From the NCBI GenBank assembly GCA_016932855.1, contig JAFGCB010000025.1, forward strand, positions 118,987 through 182,986: a stretch of DNA of 64,000 nt, given 5' to 3'. The notes below the pieces were generated by a model. It saw nothing but the letters and a program-made list of their open reading frames with translations. It had not been told where the DNA came from and ran no database searches. Positions within the stretch are counted from its first letter, which is position 1, and every line of letters begins with the position of its first letter. The translations under genes were made by a program, and so were the position numbers. Shown here piece after piece: positions 1 through 10,024 of this stretch. This stretch comes from Candidatus Omnitrophota bacterium. Its GTDB lineage: Bacteria > Omnitrophota > Gorgyraeia > Duberdicusellales > Duberdicusellaceae.

Positions 1-2
1 AC

Positions 3-116
3 GTGGAGATATTAAGTGACGGCTGGACTGTAATTTCCCAGGACCGAAAATCTTGCGTACATTTCGAGCATACCGTAGCGGTTACTAACAAGGGCTGCAG
101 AATATTGACTAATTAA
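3..116 (+). CDS. map: Methionine aminopeptidase, 3' end (partial)
   Basis: Manual translation [37 protein letters not shown]; DGWTV and HFEHTV motifs; lies just upstream of infA. Confidence 0.9.
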   Translation: MEILSDGWTVISQDRKSCVHFEHTVAVTNKGCRILTN

Positions 117-127
117 GACTTTTACGG

Positions 128-343
128 ATGGCTAAGGAAGATTTAATCGAGACTGAAGGCGAGGTTGTCGAAACTTTGCCGAACGCGATGTTTAGAGTGA
201 AAATAGAGGAAGGACATATTGTGTTGGCCCATGTATCGGGAAAAATGCGTATGCATTTTATACGGATTTTGCCCGGTGACAGGGTCACGCTTGAACTATC
301 ACCTTATGATTTACGCCGGGGCAGGATAACCCGGCGTCTGTAA
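128..343 (+). CDS. infA: Translation initiation factor IF-1
   Basis: MAKEDLIE...LPNAMFRV...[17 protein letters not shown]. Confidence 0.98.
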   Translation: MAKEDLIETEGEVVETLPNAMFRVKIEEGHIVLAHVSGKMRMHFIRILPGDRVTLELSPYDLRRGRITRRL

Positions 344-466
344 GGAAGATAATTATAGACTGGATAGTAGGGGAATGTTCCCGCAGATGAATGCAGATAA
401 AATATATTTACGGCTGTTTTTGACAGTCAGGGATAATCTGCATGTTGCATAATAGGTTATGCTAAG

Positions 467-580
467 ATGAAAGTAAGATCATCAATAAAAAGAATTTGCG
501 AAAATTGTAAGATAATAAAAAGAAAAGGGATTTTGCGTATAATTTGCAAAAATCCTAAGCATAAACAAAAGCAAGGATAG
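467..580 (+). CDS. rpmJ: 50S ribosomal protein L36 (not in ORF track)
   Basis: Manual translation [37 protein letters not shown]; Zn-binding C/H type; canonical position. Confidence 0.97.
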   Translation: MKVRSSIKRICENCKIIKRKGILRIICKNPKHKQKQG

Positions 581-651
581 CTATTGTTTAAGATTTATTG
601 TCTTTTGGCGGACAGTCAAAATCAGATAAGATTTAACTAAAGGAGAGTAAA

Positions 652-1020
652 ATGCCGAGAATTGCCGGTGTAGATATTCCTCCAAATAAAAAGATTTATT
701 ATTCGTTGCAATATATTTACGGAGTCGGGCCTTTGAGGGCGAGACTTATTCTTGAAGAGGCAGGGCTTGATTTCGCAAAGAAGGCTAAAGATTTGAACGA
801 AGAAGAGACTTCCCGGATTGCCGGAGTAATCCAGACTCATTACAAGGTCGAAGGCGAATTGCGCAGGCAAGTTGCCCAGAATATAAGAAGACTTATAGAT
901 ATCGGTTCTTATCGAGGCAGCCGACATAAAAAAGGCTTGCCAGCGCGGGGACAGCGTACGCGCTGTAACGCAAGAACTCGTAAAGGACCCAGACCGCGCG
1001 TAGGCGGCATAAAGAAGTGA
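652..1020 (+). CDS. rpsM: 30S ribosomal protein S13
   Basis: [10 protein letters not shown]...[14 protein letters not shown]. Confidence 0.98.
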   Translation: MPRIAGVDIPPNKKIYYSLQYIYGVGPLRARLILEEAGLDFAKKAKDLNEEETSRIAGVIQTHYKVEGELRRQVAQNIRRLIDIGSYRGSRHKKGLPARGQRTRCNARTRKGPRPRVGGIKK

Positions 1021-1027
1021 GGATAAA

Positions 1028-1429
1028 ATGCCAAAGGTATCAAGATCAAAGGCCGGAAAACGTAAAAAGAAAGTCACTCAGAAAATCGTATCGGGGATTG
1101 CTCATGTCAAATCTACTTTTAATAATACAATTATAGCCATAACCGATAAAGAAGGAAATGTGTTGGTTTGGGGTTCAGCCGGTACCGGCGGGTTCAAAGG
1201 AACCAAGAAATCAACCCCTTATGCGGCTCAGATTACCGCTCGTGAGCTGGCGAAACGGGCCAAAGAATTAGGCTTACGCGAGCTTACCGTAAGGGTAAAA
1301 GGGCCGGGGCCAGGCAGAGAGGCAGCTATACGCTCGCTTCAAAGCGCGGGCTTAAGCATAAAAAGCGTAAAAGACGTAACGCCGGTTCCCCATAACGGAT
1401 GCAGGCCGAGAAAAAAGAGGAGAGTTTAG
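1028..1429 (+). CDS. rpsK: 30S ribosomal protein S11
   Basis: [29 protein letters not shown]. Confidence 0.98.
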   Translation: MPKVSRSKAGKRKKKVTQKIVSGIAHVKSTFNNTIIAITDKEGNVLVWGSAGTGGFKGTKKSTPYAAQITARELAKRAKELGLRELTVRVKGPGPGREAAIRSLQSAGLSIKSVKDVTPVPHNGCRPRKKRRV

Positions 1430-1432
1430 TAC

Positions 1433-1472
1433 AAATTGCTAAATTGTTTTATTGTTAAATAATTAGATTGAA
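1433..1472. repeat. Degenerate 8-bp tandem repeat (AAATTGTT-like x5)
   Basis: aaattgct aaattgtt ttattgtt aaataatt agattgaa between rpsK and rpsD. Confidence 0.55.
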
Positions 1473-1484
1473 AGGAAACTTAAT

Positions 1485-2114
1485 ATGGCCAGATATACAG
1501 GCGCAAAATGTAGATTGTGCAGGCGAGAAGGCGCAAAATTGTTTTTAAAAGGGGCGAAATGCAACGGAGCGGCGTGCCCATTTGCCAAGAGACCTTATGC
1601 TCCCGGAGCCCGGACCCGTTCCATGCGCAAGCCTTCCTATTATGCGCTGCAATTGCGTGAAAAGCAAAAAGTCAAAAGAATGTACGGTCTTCTCGAGCGA
1701 CAATTCCGAAGGTATTATGTAATAGCCTCTAAATCAAAAGGCGCTACCGGCCGAGTTATAATACAGCTTCTCGAGCGAAGATTGGATAATGTCGCCTTTC
1801 GTCTACTTTTTTCCAGCTCCCGCAGTCAAGCCCGCCAGCTGGTAAGGCATGGGTTTATGTTTATCAATAACCGGCGGGTCAATATTCCTTCGTATCTGGT
1901 AAAGGTTGACGATAAGGTTGAAATAAGAGGTAAAGACGTTTTGCAGAACAGGATTAAAAAGAATATCGACGCCATTTCGAAAGAAAGAAGCGTAGCTAAT
2001 TGGCTTTTTTTAGACAAAGGCAATTTAAAAGCTGAAATCTTGCGGTTGCCCGAAAAAGAAGATTTGATTGTTCCTATTAATGAACAGCTGATAGTTGAAT
2101 TGTATTCTAAATAG
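1485..2114 (+). CDS. rpsD: 30S ribosomal protein S4
   Basis: MARYTGAKCRLCRREG, LREKQK, LERRLDN. Confidence 0.98.
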   Translation: MARYTGAKCRLCRREGAKLFLKGAKCNGAACPFAKRPYAPGARTRSMRKPSYYALQLREKQKVKRMYGLLERQFRRYYVIASKSKGATGRVIIQLLERRLDNVAFRLLFSSSRSQARQLVRHGFMFINNRRVNIPSYLVKVDDKVEIRGKDVLQNRIKKNIDAISKERSVANWLFLDKGNLKAEILRLPEKEDLIVPINEQLIVELYSK

Positions 2115-2289
2115 AATGAGGCAGCAGCTTATGACCAACAGAGTTTCAAATCTTTGGACTGGTTGCTGTTGTTCGGGTCAATTAATGCAGAGAGCTAGAA
2201 CTATTATTGACCCGAGCTTTACCCGCTTTTAAATATTGTAATATTTAGCGGGATCCTGCCGAGGCGGGATCATCAAAGGAGGCTTAAGA

Positions 2290-3276
2290 ATGGGTATCAA
2301 ATGGAGAGACTTCCAGTTTCCCCGAAAAATTGTGGTCGATGAGAAGACATATTCGCCGACCTACGGAAAATTCATCGCCGAACCCTTTGAGAGAGGTTTC
2401 GGTGTAACTTTGGGAAATTCTTTTCGAAGGGTTCTTCTTTCTTATATTGAAGGCGCTGCGGTTACCTCGATAAGAATCGATGGCGTAAGTCACGAATTTT
2501 CCAGTATACCGGGAGTCTTGGAAGATCTGTCTGAAATTATTCTTAATATCAAAAGCCTGGTTTTAAAATCATTTAGTCGTGCGCCGAAGAAAATCCATAT
2601 AAAGGCGGAAAAAAAGGGGGAAGTTACCGGCGCGGATATTATTACCGACGAGTCGGTGGAAGTCATTAATAAAGATTTACACATTGCTACTCTTACCGAA
2701 GATGCTCACTTTTTTGTCGAAATGGAGGTCGGTAAAGGCAGGGGTTTTGTATCGGAAGAGTTCAACCGGCGCGATGACGCTCCGGTGGGCACAATTGCGA
2801 TAGATTCCTTGTTTGCTCCGGTAAAAAAAGTTAATTTTAAAGTCGAGAGCACCCGGGTCGGAAAAAGCACTGATTATGATCTGCTCACCCTTGAGGTCTG
2901 GACCAACGGAAGCATCGAGCCTAAAGACACCCTTGTTTATGGTGCGAATATACTAAGCAAGCATTTAGAGCTATTTATGAATCTTGGTCAGATTGAAGAG
3001 GAAGAGGAGGAAGAAGAATTGACTCCTGAAGAGTCATCTTTATACGAAAAACTTAAAATCCCGGTTTCGGAAATTGAACTTTCGGTGCGCAGCGCCAATT
3101 GCTTGCGCGAGGCGAATATAAAGTCCTTGGCCGATTTAGTGGAAAAAACCGAACAGGAGATCCTCTCCTATCGAAATTTCGGAAAGAAGTCATTAAATGA
3201 AATCGTGACCCTTTTAAAGAGTATGGGGTTGTCTTTAGGAACACCGATTGATAAAAAGAAACTGGAGAAAGCTTAA
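2290..3276 (+). CDS. rpoA: RNA polymerase alpha subunit
   Basis: EPFERGFGVTLGNSFRRVLLS; CTD LSVRSANCL, NFGKKSL. Confidence 0.98.
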   Translation: MGIKWRDFQFPRKIVVDEKTYSPTYGKFIAEPFERGFGVTLGNSFRRVLLSYIEGAAVTSIRIDGVSHEFSSIPGVLEDLSEIILNIKSLVLKSFSRAPKKIHIKAEKKGEVTGADIITDESVEVINKDLHIATLTEDAHFFVEMEVGKGRGFVSEEFNRRDDAPVGTIAIDSLFAPVKKVNFKVESTRVGKSTDYDLLTLEVWTNGSIEPKDTLVYGANILSKHLELFMNLGQIEEEEEEEELTPEESSLYEKLKIPVSEIELSVRSANCLREANIKSLADLVEKTEQEILSYRNFGKKSLNEIVTLLKSMGLSLGTPIDKKKLEKA

Positions 3277-3305
3277 TTGTACGAATAAACTAAAAAAACA
3301 TAGCG

Positions 3306-3824
3306 ATGCGACATTTAATCAAAGAAAACAAACTTTCCCGCTCGCGGGCCCAGCGAAAGGCCTTGATAAAAAGCCTTGTGCGTAACCTTTTAATTTACGA
3401 GAGGATCAAAACCACTCCCCGTAAGGCTAAGGCCGCCTCGGCTAAAGCCGAGCGCCTTATTGCTATGGCCAAGAGAAACGATCTTCATTCACGAAGGATC
3501 GCATTTTCTTTTCTGCAGGACCATAATTTAGTTACGCGTCTTTTTGACGAGATAGCCCCGCGGTTTAAAAGCAATCCGGGCGGCTGTACCCGGATAATTG
3601 ACCTGGGATTTCGAAAGGGCGACGGAGCAGAAATATCTATTTTGGAATTAACAACCCTGGTCGAGAAGCAGCATCAAAGGAAGGAAAAGAAGGCGGCGAA
3701 AGAACATCCTCAAGAGGCTCACGTTCCCTCTCTTAAGGAAGCTCCCAAGAAGAGCGCTCCTTCAAAGAAAGGTTTACGTCAGAGTTTGCGAAAAATATTT
3801 AAAAAGGAAAGAGACGCCCTGTAA
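3306..3824 (+). CDS. rplQ: 50S ribosomal protein L17 with Lys-rich C-terminal extension
   Basis: MRH...ERIKTT..KAK, GGCTRI, RKGDGA; follows rpoA. Confidence 0.95.
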   Translation: MRHLIKENKLSRSRAQRKALIKSLVRNLLIYERIKTTPRKAKAASAKAERLIAMAKRNDLHSRRIAFSFLQDHNLVTRLFDEIAPRFKSNPGGCTRIIDLGFRKGDGAEISILELTTLVEKQHQRKEKKAAKEHPQEAHVPSLKEAPKKSAPSKKGLRQSLRKIFKKERDAL

Positions 3825-3832
3825 AATTAGAG

Positions 3833-3931
3833 TCCTAATTCTAAGTTCGAAATTCTAAACAATCTTGGATTTTTTATTTCAAAAAATAAATTTTCAAAAA
3901 GTTTTTCAGTGTTTAGAGTTTAGGATTTAGA
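3833..3931. repeat. Imperfect inverted repeat made of 7-bp units (TTCTAAA / TTTAGAA)
   Basis: Left arm tctaagttcgaaattctaaac; right arm gtttagagtttaggatttaga (reverse complement tctaaatcctaaactctaaac). Confidence 0.7.
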
Positions 3932-3942
3932 TTTTTTTTTGT

Positions 3943-5202
3943 ATGGGTAAGACAATAGTCGAAAAAATCTTTTCCTCTCATTCCAACAAGCCGTTAACTG
4001 CTGGCCAAGTAGGTATTTGCAATGTCGATTTTTGTTTTTCGCAAGACGGAACGACTTCTTTAGTCATCGACAGTCTTAATAAATTTAAAAAAACCCGTTT
4101 AAAGAATCTTAAAAGTTTCGCTATGTTTATCGATCATAGCGCCCCCTCTCCTAATTTAGGAGTTTCTGCCGTGCATCAATCGATGCGCAAATTCTCGTTA
4201 AAGCATAAAAACCTGCTTTATGATGTTGGGTGCGGCATTTCTCATCAGCTGATGCTGGAAGAGGGTTTTGTGCTGCCTGGCCGGCTTATCTTAGGCGCTG
4301 ATTCGCATACGGCCACGGGAGGGATTTTAGGCGCCTGTTGCGTTGCCGTGGGTTCCACTGATTTAGCCGTGGGGCTTGTCTATAAGAAAAATTGGTTTAA
4401 AGTTCCGGAGACGATTAAGATAATTATTAAAGGAAAAATTCCCCGAGGTGTCTTCAGTAAGGATATTGCTTTGGAGATAGTCCGAAAGTTCACAGCCAAA
4501 GGCGCCACATATAAAGCGCTTGAATATGAAGGGGAGGTGATAAAGGCCCTTTCTCTGGATGCCCGAGCGACCCTTACGAATATGAGTATTGAGTTTGGGG
4601 CAAAAACCGCGATAATCGCCCCTGACAAGAAAGTCTTCGCCTTTCTTAATAAAATTACGAAAAAAAAGATAAATCCTGTTTATTCCGACGAAGACGCCTG
4701 TTATGAACAGATATGCGAGATTGATGTGACTAAGCTTTCTCCGATGGTCGCTAAGCCTCATTCAGTCGATAGCGGGGTTGCGGTTTCGGAAATAGAAGGC
4801 TTGAAGGTCGATCAGGGATTTATCGGGACTTGCACTAACGGCCGTCTGGAGGATCTCGAGATCGCTGCAAAAATCCTTAATAAACGAAAAGTTCATAAAG
4901 AGACAAAGCTTTTTATCGCGCCGGCTTCGAAGAAAATTTTAGAGTCGGCTTATAAAAAAGGTATTCTGAAAGTTTTTATTGATTCGGGTGCGATAGTTTT
5001 ACCTGTAGGCTGCGGTCCCTGCGTAGGAACCCATCAGGGCATTCCGGCTGACGCGGAAGTTACGATTTCTACCGCCAACAGGAACTTTAAGGGCCGGATG
5101 GGTAATCCCAATGCTTTTATTTATTTGGCATCGCCGGCGACGGTTGCCGCTTCATGTATCAGGTCAAAAATTACAGACCCACGAAATTTTATCAAAAATT
5201 AG
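3943..5202 (+). CDS. Aconitase-family hydro-lyase large subunit (LeuC/HacA/DmdA type)
   Basis: GADSHT, GTCTNGRLEDL, GCGPCVG, STANRNFKGRMG; substrate uncertain. Confidence 0.9.
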   Translation: MGKTIVEKIFSSHSNKPLTAGQVGICNVDFCFSQDGTTSLVIDSLNKFKKTRLKNLKSFAMFIDHSAPSPNLGVSAVHQSMRKFSLKHKNLLYDVGCGISHQLMLEEGFVLPGRLILGADSHTATGGILGACCVAVGSTDLAVGLVYKKNWFKVPETIKIIIKGKIPRGVFSKDIALEIVRKFTAKGATYKALEYEGEVIKALSLDARATLTNMSIEFGAKTAIIAPDKKVFAFLNKITKKKINPVYSDEDACYEQICEIDVTKLSPMVAKPHSVDSGVAVSEIEGLKVDQGFIGTCTNGRLEDLEIAAKILNKRKVHKETKLFIAPASKKILESAYKKGILKVFIDSGAIVLPVGCGPCVGTHQGIPADAEVTISTANRNFKGRMGNPNAFIYLASPATVAASCIRSKITDPRNFIKN

Positions 5203-5270
5203 GCCTAAAGCGGTTGAATAAATATTAATTTTTGAAATTGAATATGGACAGAGTTTAAAAGGAGGTTGAT

Positions 5271-6323
5271 ATGCTGGATATAAAAAATTTGCTTAAATTG
5301 ACCATGGAAAAGAATGCTTCCGATTTACACCTTACGGTAAACAGCCCGCCGGTATTAAGAGTCGACGGCACCATCATTTTGGAAAATGATTTTGAAACCC
5401 TTAACACCGAAACCCTTAAGAATTTAATTTACAGCATTCTTACCAATACCCAGAAGGAAAAATTTGAGCGTGACAAGGAATTGGATTTTTCTTTTGCCCC
5501 CCAGGGATTTGACAGATACAGGGTCAATGTTCACTTGCAGCGGGGCAATGTTGAAGCAGCGTTCAGAAGGGTGCCGCGCTCAATACCTAAGCTCGGAGAT
5601 TTAGGTCTTCCTCAGATTAGCCAGGAGTTGGCTCGGAAGCCAAACGGCCTTGTCTTAGTTACCGGGCCCACCGGAACCGGCAAAAGCACGACCTTAGCGG
5701 CCATGATTGATTTAATTAACAACGAGCGGGAGTGCGTGATAATTTGCATAGAAGACCCGATTGAATTTATGCATAACAATAAGAAAAGCATTGTCAAGCA
5801 GCGGGAGATTTATTCAGACACTCATTCGTTTGCCGAGTCTTTAAAGAGGGCCTTGCGCCAAGACCCGGATGTAATTGTTGTCGGTGAAATGAGGGATTTA
5901 GAAACAATCGGAACCGCCCTTACTGCAGCCGAAACAGGGCATCTGGTTTTAGCCACTCTTCATACCCCTGATGCTCCTCAGACCATTGAGCGAATTATCG
6001 ACGTTTTCCCGCCTTATCAACAGAGGCAAGTACGTCTTCAATTGGGCGATTGTCTTCAGGGTATAATTTCCCAGTTATTGCTCTCGCGCATGGAAGGTAA
6101 AGGAAGGGTTCTGGCTACCGAAGTCATGATTGCCACTCCCGGTATACGAAATTTGGTAAGGGAAGGAGAAATAGCTCAGCTACCCACCTTAATTCAGACC
6201 GGGGCCCAGTACGGCATGAGGACCATGGATAAGTGCTTAAAAGAGCTTTACAAGAAGCGGATAATATCTTACGAAGCGGCGCTGAGTAAAGTGAAAAATA
6301 TTGAAGAATTTAAGATTCTATAA
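5271..6323 (+). CDS. pilT: Type IV pilus retraction ATPase PilT family
   Basis: ASDLHL, GPTGTGKST, EDPIE, LRQDPDVIVVGEMRD, AETGHLV, GIRNLVRE (AIRNLIRE-like), GMRTMD. Confidence 0.93.
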   Translation: MLDIKNLLKLTMEKNASDLHLTVNSPPVLRVDGTIILENDFETLNTETLKNLIYSILTNTQKEKFERDKELDFSFAPQGFDRYRVNVHLQRGNVEAAFRRVPRSIPKLGDLGLPQISQELARKPNGLVLVTGPTGTGKSTTLAAMIDLINNERECVIICIEDPIEFMHNNKKSIVKQREIYSDTHSFAESLKRALRQDPDVIVVGEMRDLETIGTALTAAETGHLVLATLHTPDAPQTIERIIDVFPPYQQRQVRLQLGDCLQGIISQLLLSRMEGKGRVLATEVMIATPGIRNLVREGEIAQLPTLIQTGAQYGMRTMDKCLKELYKKRIISYEAALSKVKNIEEFKIL

Positions 6324-6372
6324 AAAGAGCTTTGTAGTTTAATGCAAGGATATTTTTGAGAGTATAAATTAA

Positions 6373-6876
6373 ATGATTTGTCAGGGAAAAGTATTTAAAT
6401 TCGGGGACAACATTAACACCGACTTTATTATTTCCGGAAGGTATAAATTCTCGATTACCGACATGAGCAAGCTCTGTAGGCATATATTTGAGGACATACG
6501 CCCGAATTTTTACGAAGAAATAGAATCGGCCAAGAGTATTATTGTCGCCGGCGCTAATTTTGGAATGGGTTCTTCCCGTGAACAAGCGCCTTGGGTAATC
6601 AAGGAAGCAGGCATTTTTTGTGTCGTGGCCAAGAGTTTCGCCAGGATTTTCTACCGTAACGCCTTTAATATCGGCCTGGCCTTGATAGAGGCGGATACTG
6701 ACAGCATAAGCGAAGCCGATTTTCTGGAAATAGATCTTAAGAAAGGGGTTATTAAAAATAAGTCTCGCAATATTCAGACGCAGTTTTATCCTTGGAATAA
6801 ATTTCAGCTGGAACTAATAAAGAATCACGGGATAATTAATTATTTGGAAAAATATAAGGAATTTAAAATAACTTGA
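6373..6876 (+). CDS. Aconitase-family small subunit (LeuD/HacB type)
   Basis: [35 protein letters not shown]. Confidence 0.9.
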   Translation: MICQGKVFKFGDNINTDFIISGRYKFSITDMSKLCRHIFEDIRPNFYEEIESAKSIIVAGANFGMGSSREQAPWVIKEAGIFCVVAKSFARIFYRNAFNIGLALIEADTDSISEADFLEIDLKKGVIKNKSRNIQTQFYPWNKFQLELIKNHGIINYLEKYKEFKIT

Positions 6877-6897
6877 GAAAATAAACCGATAGTAAAT

Positions 6898-7983
6898 ATG
6901 AGTTACAGAGTAACGTTAATACCTGGCGACGGAGTAGGCCCTGAGGTTGTTGAGGCCGCTAAAATTTGCATAGAGGCCAGCGGTGTCGAGATTATCTGGG
7001 AAGAGAAGCTTTTGGGCGCCCAGGCCCAGGAGAAATTGGGCAGCCTTATTCCCGAGGAGACTCTGGCGTCAATTCGAAAGAATAAACTAGCCCTTAAAGG
7101 CCCGGTTACTACTCCCGTGGGTAAGGGCTTTAGGTCGGTAAATGTGGGCTTACGAAAAGCCCTTGATTTATATGCTAATGTAAGGCCGGCAAAATCTCTG
7201 GGTGCATGCAACAGCAAATATGACAATGTCGATATTGTTGTTGTCAGGGAAAATACTGAAGACCTTTACGCCGGCATAGAGTTTGATTTCAATGACCCCT
7301 TTGCGAGTTTTCTTATCGATAAAATAAATAAGGGCAATATCGGGAAATTATCCGAAAACACCGCCATTTCTTTTAAGACAATTTCAAAAAAAGCCAGCGA
7401 GAGGATTATCCGCTTTGCCTTTGAGTATGCCATTCAAAATAAAAGAAAAAAACTTGCCTGTGTCCATAAGGCAAATATTTTAAAGTTTACTGATGGGCTT
7501 TTTTTATCAATATTTTACGAGATTGCAAAAGATTATAAGGAAATCGAGGCTCAAGATTACATTGTCGATAATCTTTCGATGCAGCTGGTGCTTCGTCCGT
7601 ACAACTTCGATGTTTTAGTCCTGCCTAATCTTTACGGTGACATAATTTCCGATCTCTGCGCCGGTTTAATCGGAGGATTAGGCCTTGCCCCCGGAGCTAA
7701 TATCGGTCAGACAATCGCGGTATTTGAGCCGGTCCACGGGTCCGCGCCTAAATACACCGGTAAAAATAAAGTAAATCCCGCGGCAACAATTCTTTCCGCG
7801 GCCCTTTTACTCAAGCATTTACAGGAAAACGAGGCAGCCCGAAAGATAGAACAGGCGGTTAAGGACGTTATTAAAGAAAATAAATCCGTCACTTACGATC
7901 TTAAACTTAACCGCGATGACCCAAGTTCAGTAGGTACCCTTGAGATGGCCGAGGCCATCGCCGATAAGATAAAGTCATATTAA
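6898..7983 (+). CDS. icd: Isocitrate/isopropylmalate dehydrogenase family, probably isocitrate dehydrogenase
   Basis: PGDGVGPEV, KGPVTTP.GKGFRSVNV.LR (S-x-N typical of IDH), NLYGDIISD, EPVHGSAP. Confidence 0.8.
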   Translation: MSYRVTLIPGDGVGPEVVEAAKICIEASGVEIIWEEKLLGAQAQEKLGSLIPEETLASIRKNKLALKGPVTTPVGKGFRSVNVGLRKALDLYANVRPAKSLGACNSKYDNVDIVVVRENTEDLYAGIEFDFNDPFASFLIDKINKGNIGKLSENTAISFKTISKKASERIIRFAFEYAIQNKRKKLACVHKANILKFTDGLFLSIFYEIAKDYKEIEAQDYIVDNLSMQLVLRPYNFDVLVLPNLYGDIISDLCAGLIGGLGLAPGANIGQTIAVFEPVHGSAPKYTGKNKVNPAATILSAALLLKHLQENEAARKIEQAVKDVIKENKSVTYDLKLNRDDPSSVGTLEMAEAIADKIKSY

Positions 7984-7990
7984 TGCCGAA

Positions 7991-8920
7991 ATGAGCGTTA
8001 AAAAAATATCAATAGTAGGAGCCGGCCAAGTCGGCAGTACCCTTGCTTTTTTACTTCTTATAAGGCGTCTCTGCAGCCAGATCACATTAGTTGATGTACA
8101 GCATGAGCTCGCCAAAGCCTGCGTCTTAGACCTGGAAGACAGCCGCTGGGTTTTTTCGGCTATCACAAACTTAACCTCAAGCAATAAGCTGCAAAGCTTA
8201 GCTTCTTCCGACATAATAGTCATAACTGCCGGCAAGCCCCGAAGTCCGGGAATGAGTCGCGCAGATTTAATCAAGGCAAATACCTCAACCATCCGGGATA
8301 TTTCCCGGGGAATTAAAAAGTTTGCGCCGGAAGCGCTGGTTATCCTTATCACAAACCCTTTGGATTTAATGACTTGCGTAGCTTTAAAAACTTCGGGTTT
8401 TTCGAAAGGCAGAGTTTTCGGAATGGGTTCATCTTTGGATTCAGCGCGCTTGGCGAATCTTATAAGTCAAAGGCTGAAATTAAACATTAAAGACATAAAT
8501 CCGGTTGTTTTCGGTGCTCACGGAAAAGACATGCTGGTTTCGGAAAATACAACTGTTCAAGCCGCCGGTTTAGCGAATTTTCTAAGCAAGAAAGATTTTT
8601 CACGGCTTAAGGAAGCCACCCTTAACCGAGGGGCAAGCATTGTTGGGCTGTTAAAAAAAGGAAGCGCTCGTTTTGGCCCGGCTGCGGCTTGTTTAGATTT
8701 AATCGAGGCTGTTGTTTTTGATCAAAAGAAAATAACATTTGCCTCGGTCTATTTAAATGGCCAATATTCAATTAAAGGCGTTTGCCTGGGCGTTCCGGTC
8801 GTGGTAGGCAGAGAAGGTATCGAACGCATCTTGGAGCTTAAGCTTTCCAAGCAGGAGAAAAATATCCTGATCCAAGCTGCCAGGACAATTAGAGGCCATT
8901 TAAAGCTGTTAAGAGATTAA
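7991..8920 (+). CDS. mdh: Malate dehydrogenase (LDH-like family)
   Basis: GAGQVG; TAGKPRSPGMSR (MDH Arg); TNPLD, LDSAR, GAHG. Confidence 0.85.
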   Translation: MSVKKISIVGAGQVGSTLAFLLLIRRLCSQITLVDVQHELAKACVLDLEDSRWVFSAITNLTSSNKLQSLASSDIIVITAGKPRSPGMSRADLIKANTSTIRDISRGIKKFAPEALVILITNPLDLMTCVALKTSGFSKGRVFGMGSSLDSARLANLISQRLKLNIKDINPVVFGAHGKDMLVSENTTVQAAGLANFLSKKDFSRLKEATLNRGASIVGLLKKGSARFGPAAACLDLIEAVVFDQKKITFASVYLNGQYSIKGVCLGVPVVVGREGIERILELKLSKQEKNILIQAARTIRGHLKLLRD

Positions 8921-8921
8921 A

Positions 8922-10010
8922 ATGACTTTCGAGCGAAAACATCTTAAAAATATAAAAAATTACCAGCCGGGAAAGCCCATCGAGGAAGTAAAACGGGATT
9001 TGGGTTTACGGCAAGTAATAAAGCTAGCTTCCAACGAGAGCCCTTTTCCGCCATCTAAAGCAACACGTAAAGCCCTTATCGAGAATATATGCAGAGTTAA
9101 TCGTTATCCTGATTCCCAAGGCTATTATTTAAAACGCAAGCTGGCCGCGAATTTAAAAGTTAAACCTGGCAATATAATTTTAGGTAACGGTTCTGACGAA
9201 CTTATTGTTTTGGCCCTGCGTGCCTTTGTCGATCCGGGCCAAGAAGTCATCGTCGGAAATCCTACTTTTTTAATCTATGAAATACAGGCTAAGGCTTGCG
9301 GGCTTAGGGTTGTGCGCAGCCGGCTTAAAGATTTCAGGTATGATTTGGATGACATAAAACGCAAGATTACAAAAAAAACAAAGTTAATCTTTATTGCCAA
9401 TCCCGACAATCCTAACGGGACCTATTTAAAGCATGAAGAAATTCAGAGTTTTTTAAAAGCGATTCCCCGGAAAGTTATTGTTTTCTTTGATGAAGCGTAT
9501 TGTGAATTTTCTCCTGAAGATTTTCCAAAAAGCATTAATTTCTTGAAGCAGGGCTATAATATGATTTTCACCAGGACTTTTTCGAAGGTTTTCGGCTTAG
9601 CCGGTTTACGAATCGGCTATGGAATTGCCAAGCCTGAATTAATCCGGTCTTTGGATAAAGTCCGCGAACCTTTCAACGTCAACTCTTTGGCGCAAGCGGC
9701 GGCTTGTTCCTGCCTGAACCAGAAAAACCAAGCCAGACAAACAGTCCGGTACATCAATAAAGAAAAATATTTTTTCTACGAAGGCCTGGGGAACCTTAAT
9801 CTGAGATTTGTAAAAAGCGCCACGAATTTTATTTTAGTAGATTTAGGTAGGATTTCTTCGAAGGCAGTTTTTTCACGGCTTCTTAAAAAGGGAATAATCG
9901 TGCGCGAAATGAGCTCCTGGGGGTTTAAAAACTTTATCAGAGTTACCGTAGGAACCCATTCCCAGAATCGCAGATTTTTAAAAGCTTTAAGCTTAAGCCT
10001 TAACCATTAG
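8922..10010 (+). CDS. hisC: Histidinol-phosphate aminotransferase
   Basis: [39 protein letters not shown]. Confidence 0.95.
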   Translation: MTFERKHLKNIKNYQPGKPIEEVKRDLGLRQVIKLASNESPFPPSKATRKALIENICRVNRYPDSQGYYLKRKLAANLKVKPGNIILGNGSDELIVLALRAFVDPGQEVIVGNPTFLIYEIQAKACGLRVVRSRLKDFRYDLDDIKRKITKKTKLIFIANPDNPNGTYLKHEEIQSFLKAIPRKVIVFFDEAYCEFSPEDFPKSINFLKQGYNMIFTRTFSKVFGLAGLRIGYGIAKPELIRSLDKVREPFNVNSLAQAAACSCLNQKNQARQTVRYINKEKYFFYEGLGNLNLRFVKSATNFILVDLGRISSKAVFSRLLKKGIIVREMSSWGFKNFIRVTVGTHSQNRRFLKALSLSLNH

Positions 10011-10024
10011 AGGAGGAGATAGCT

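Noticed and set aside
2995-3020. GAA/GAG repeat in rpoA
   Set aside because: Encodes the ordinary acidic linker before the alpha-CTD
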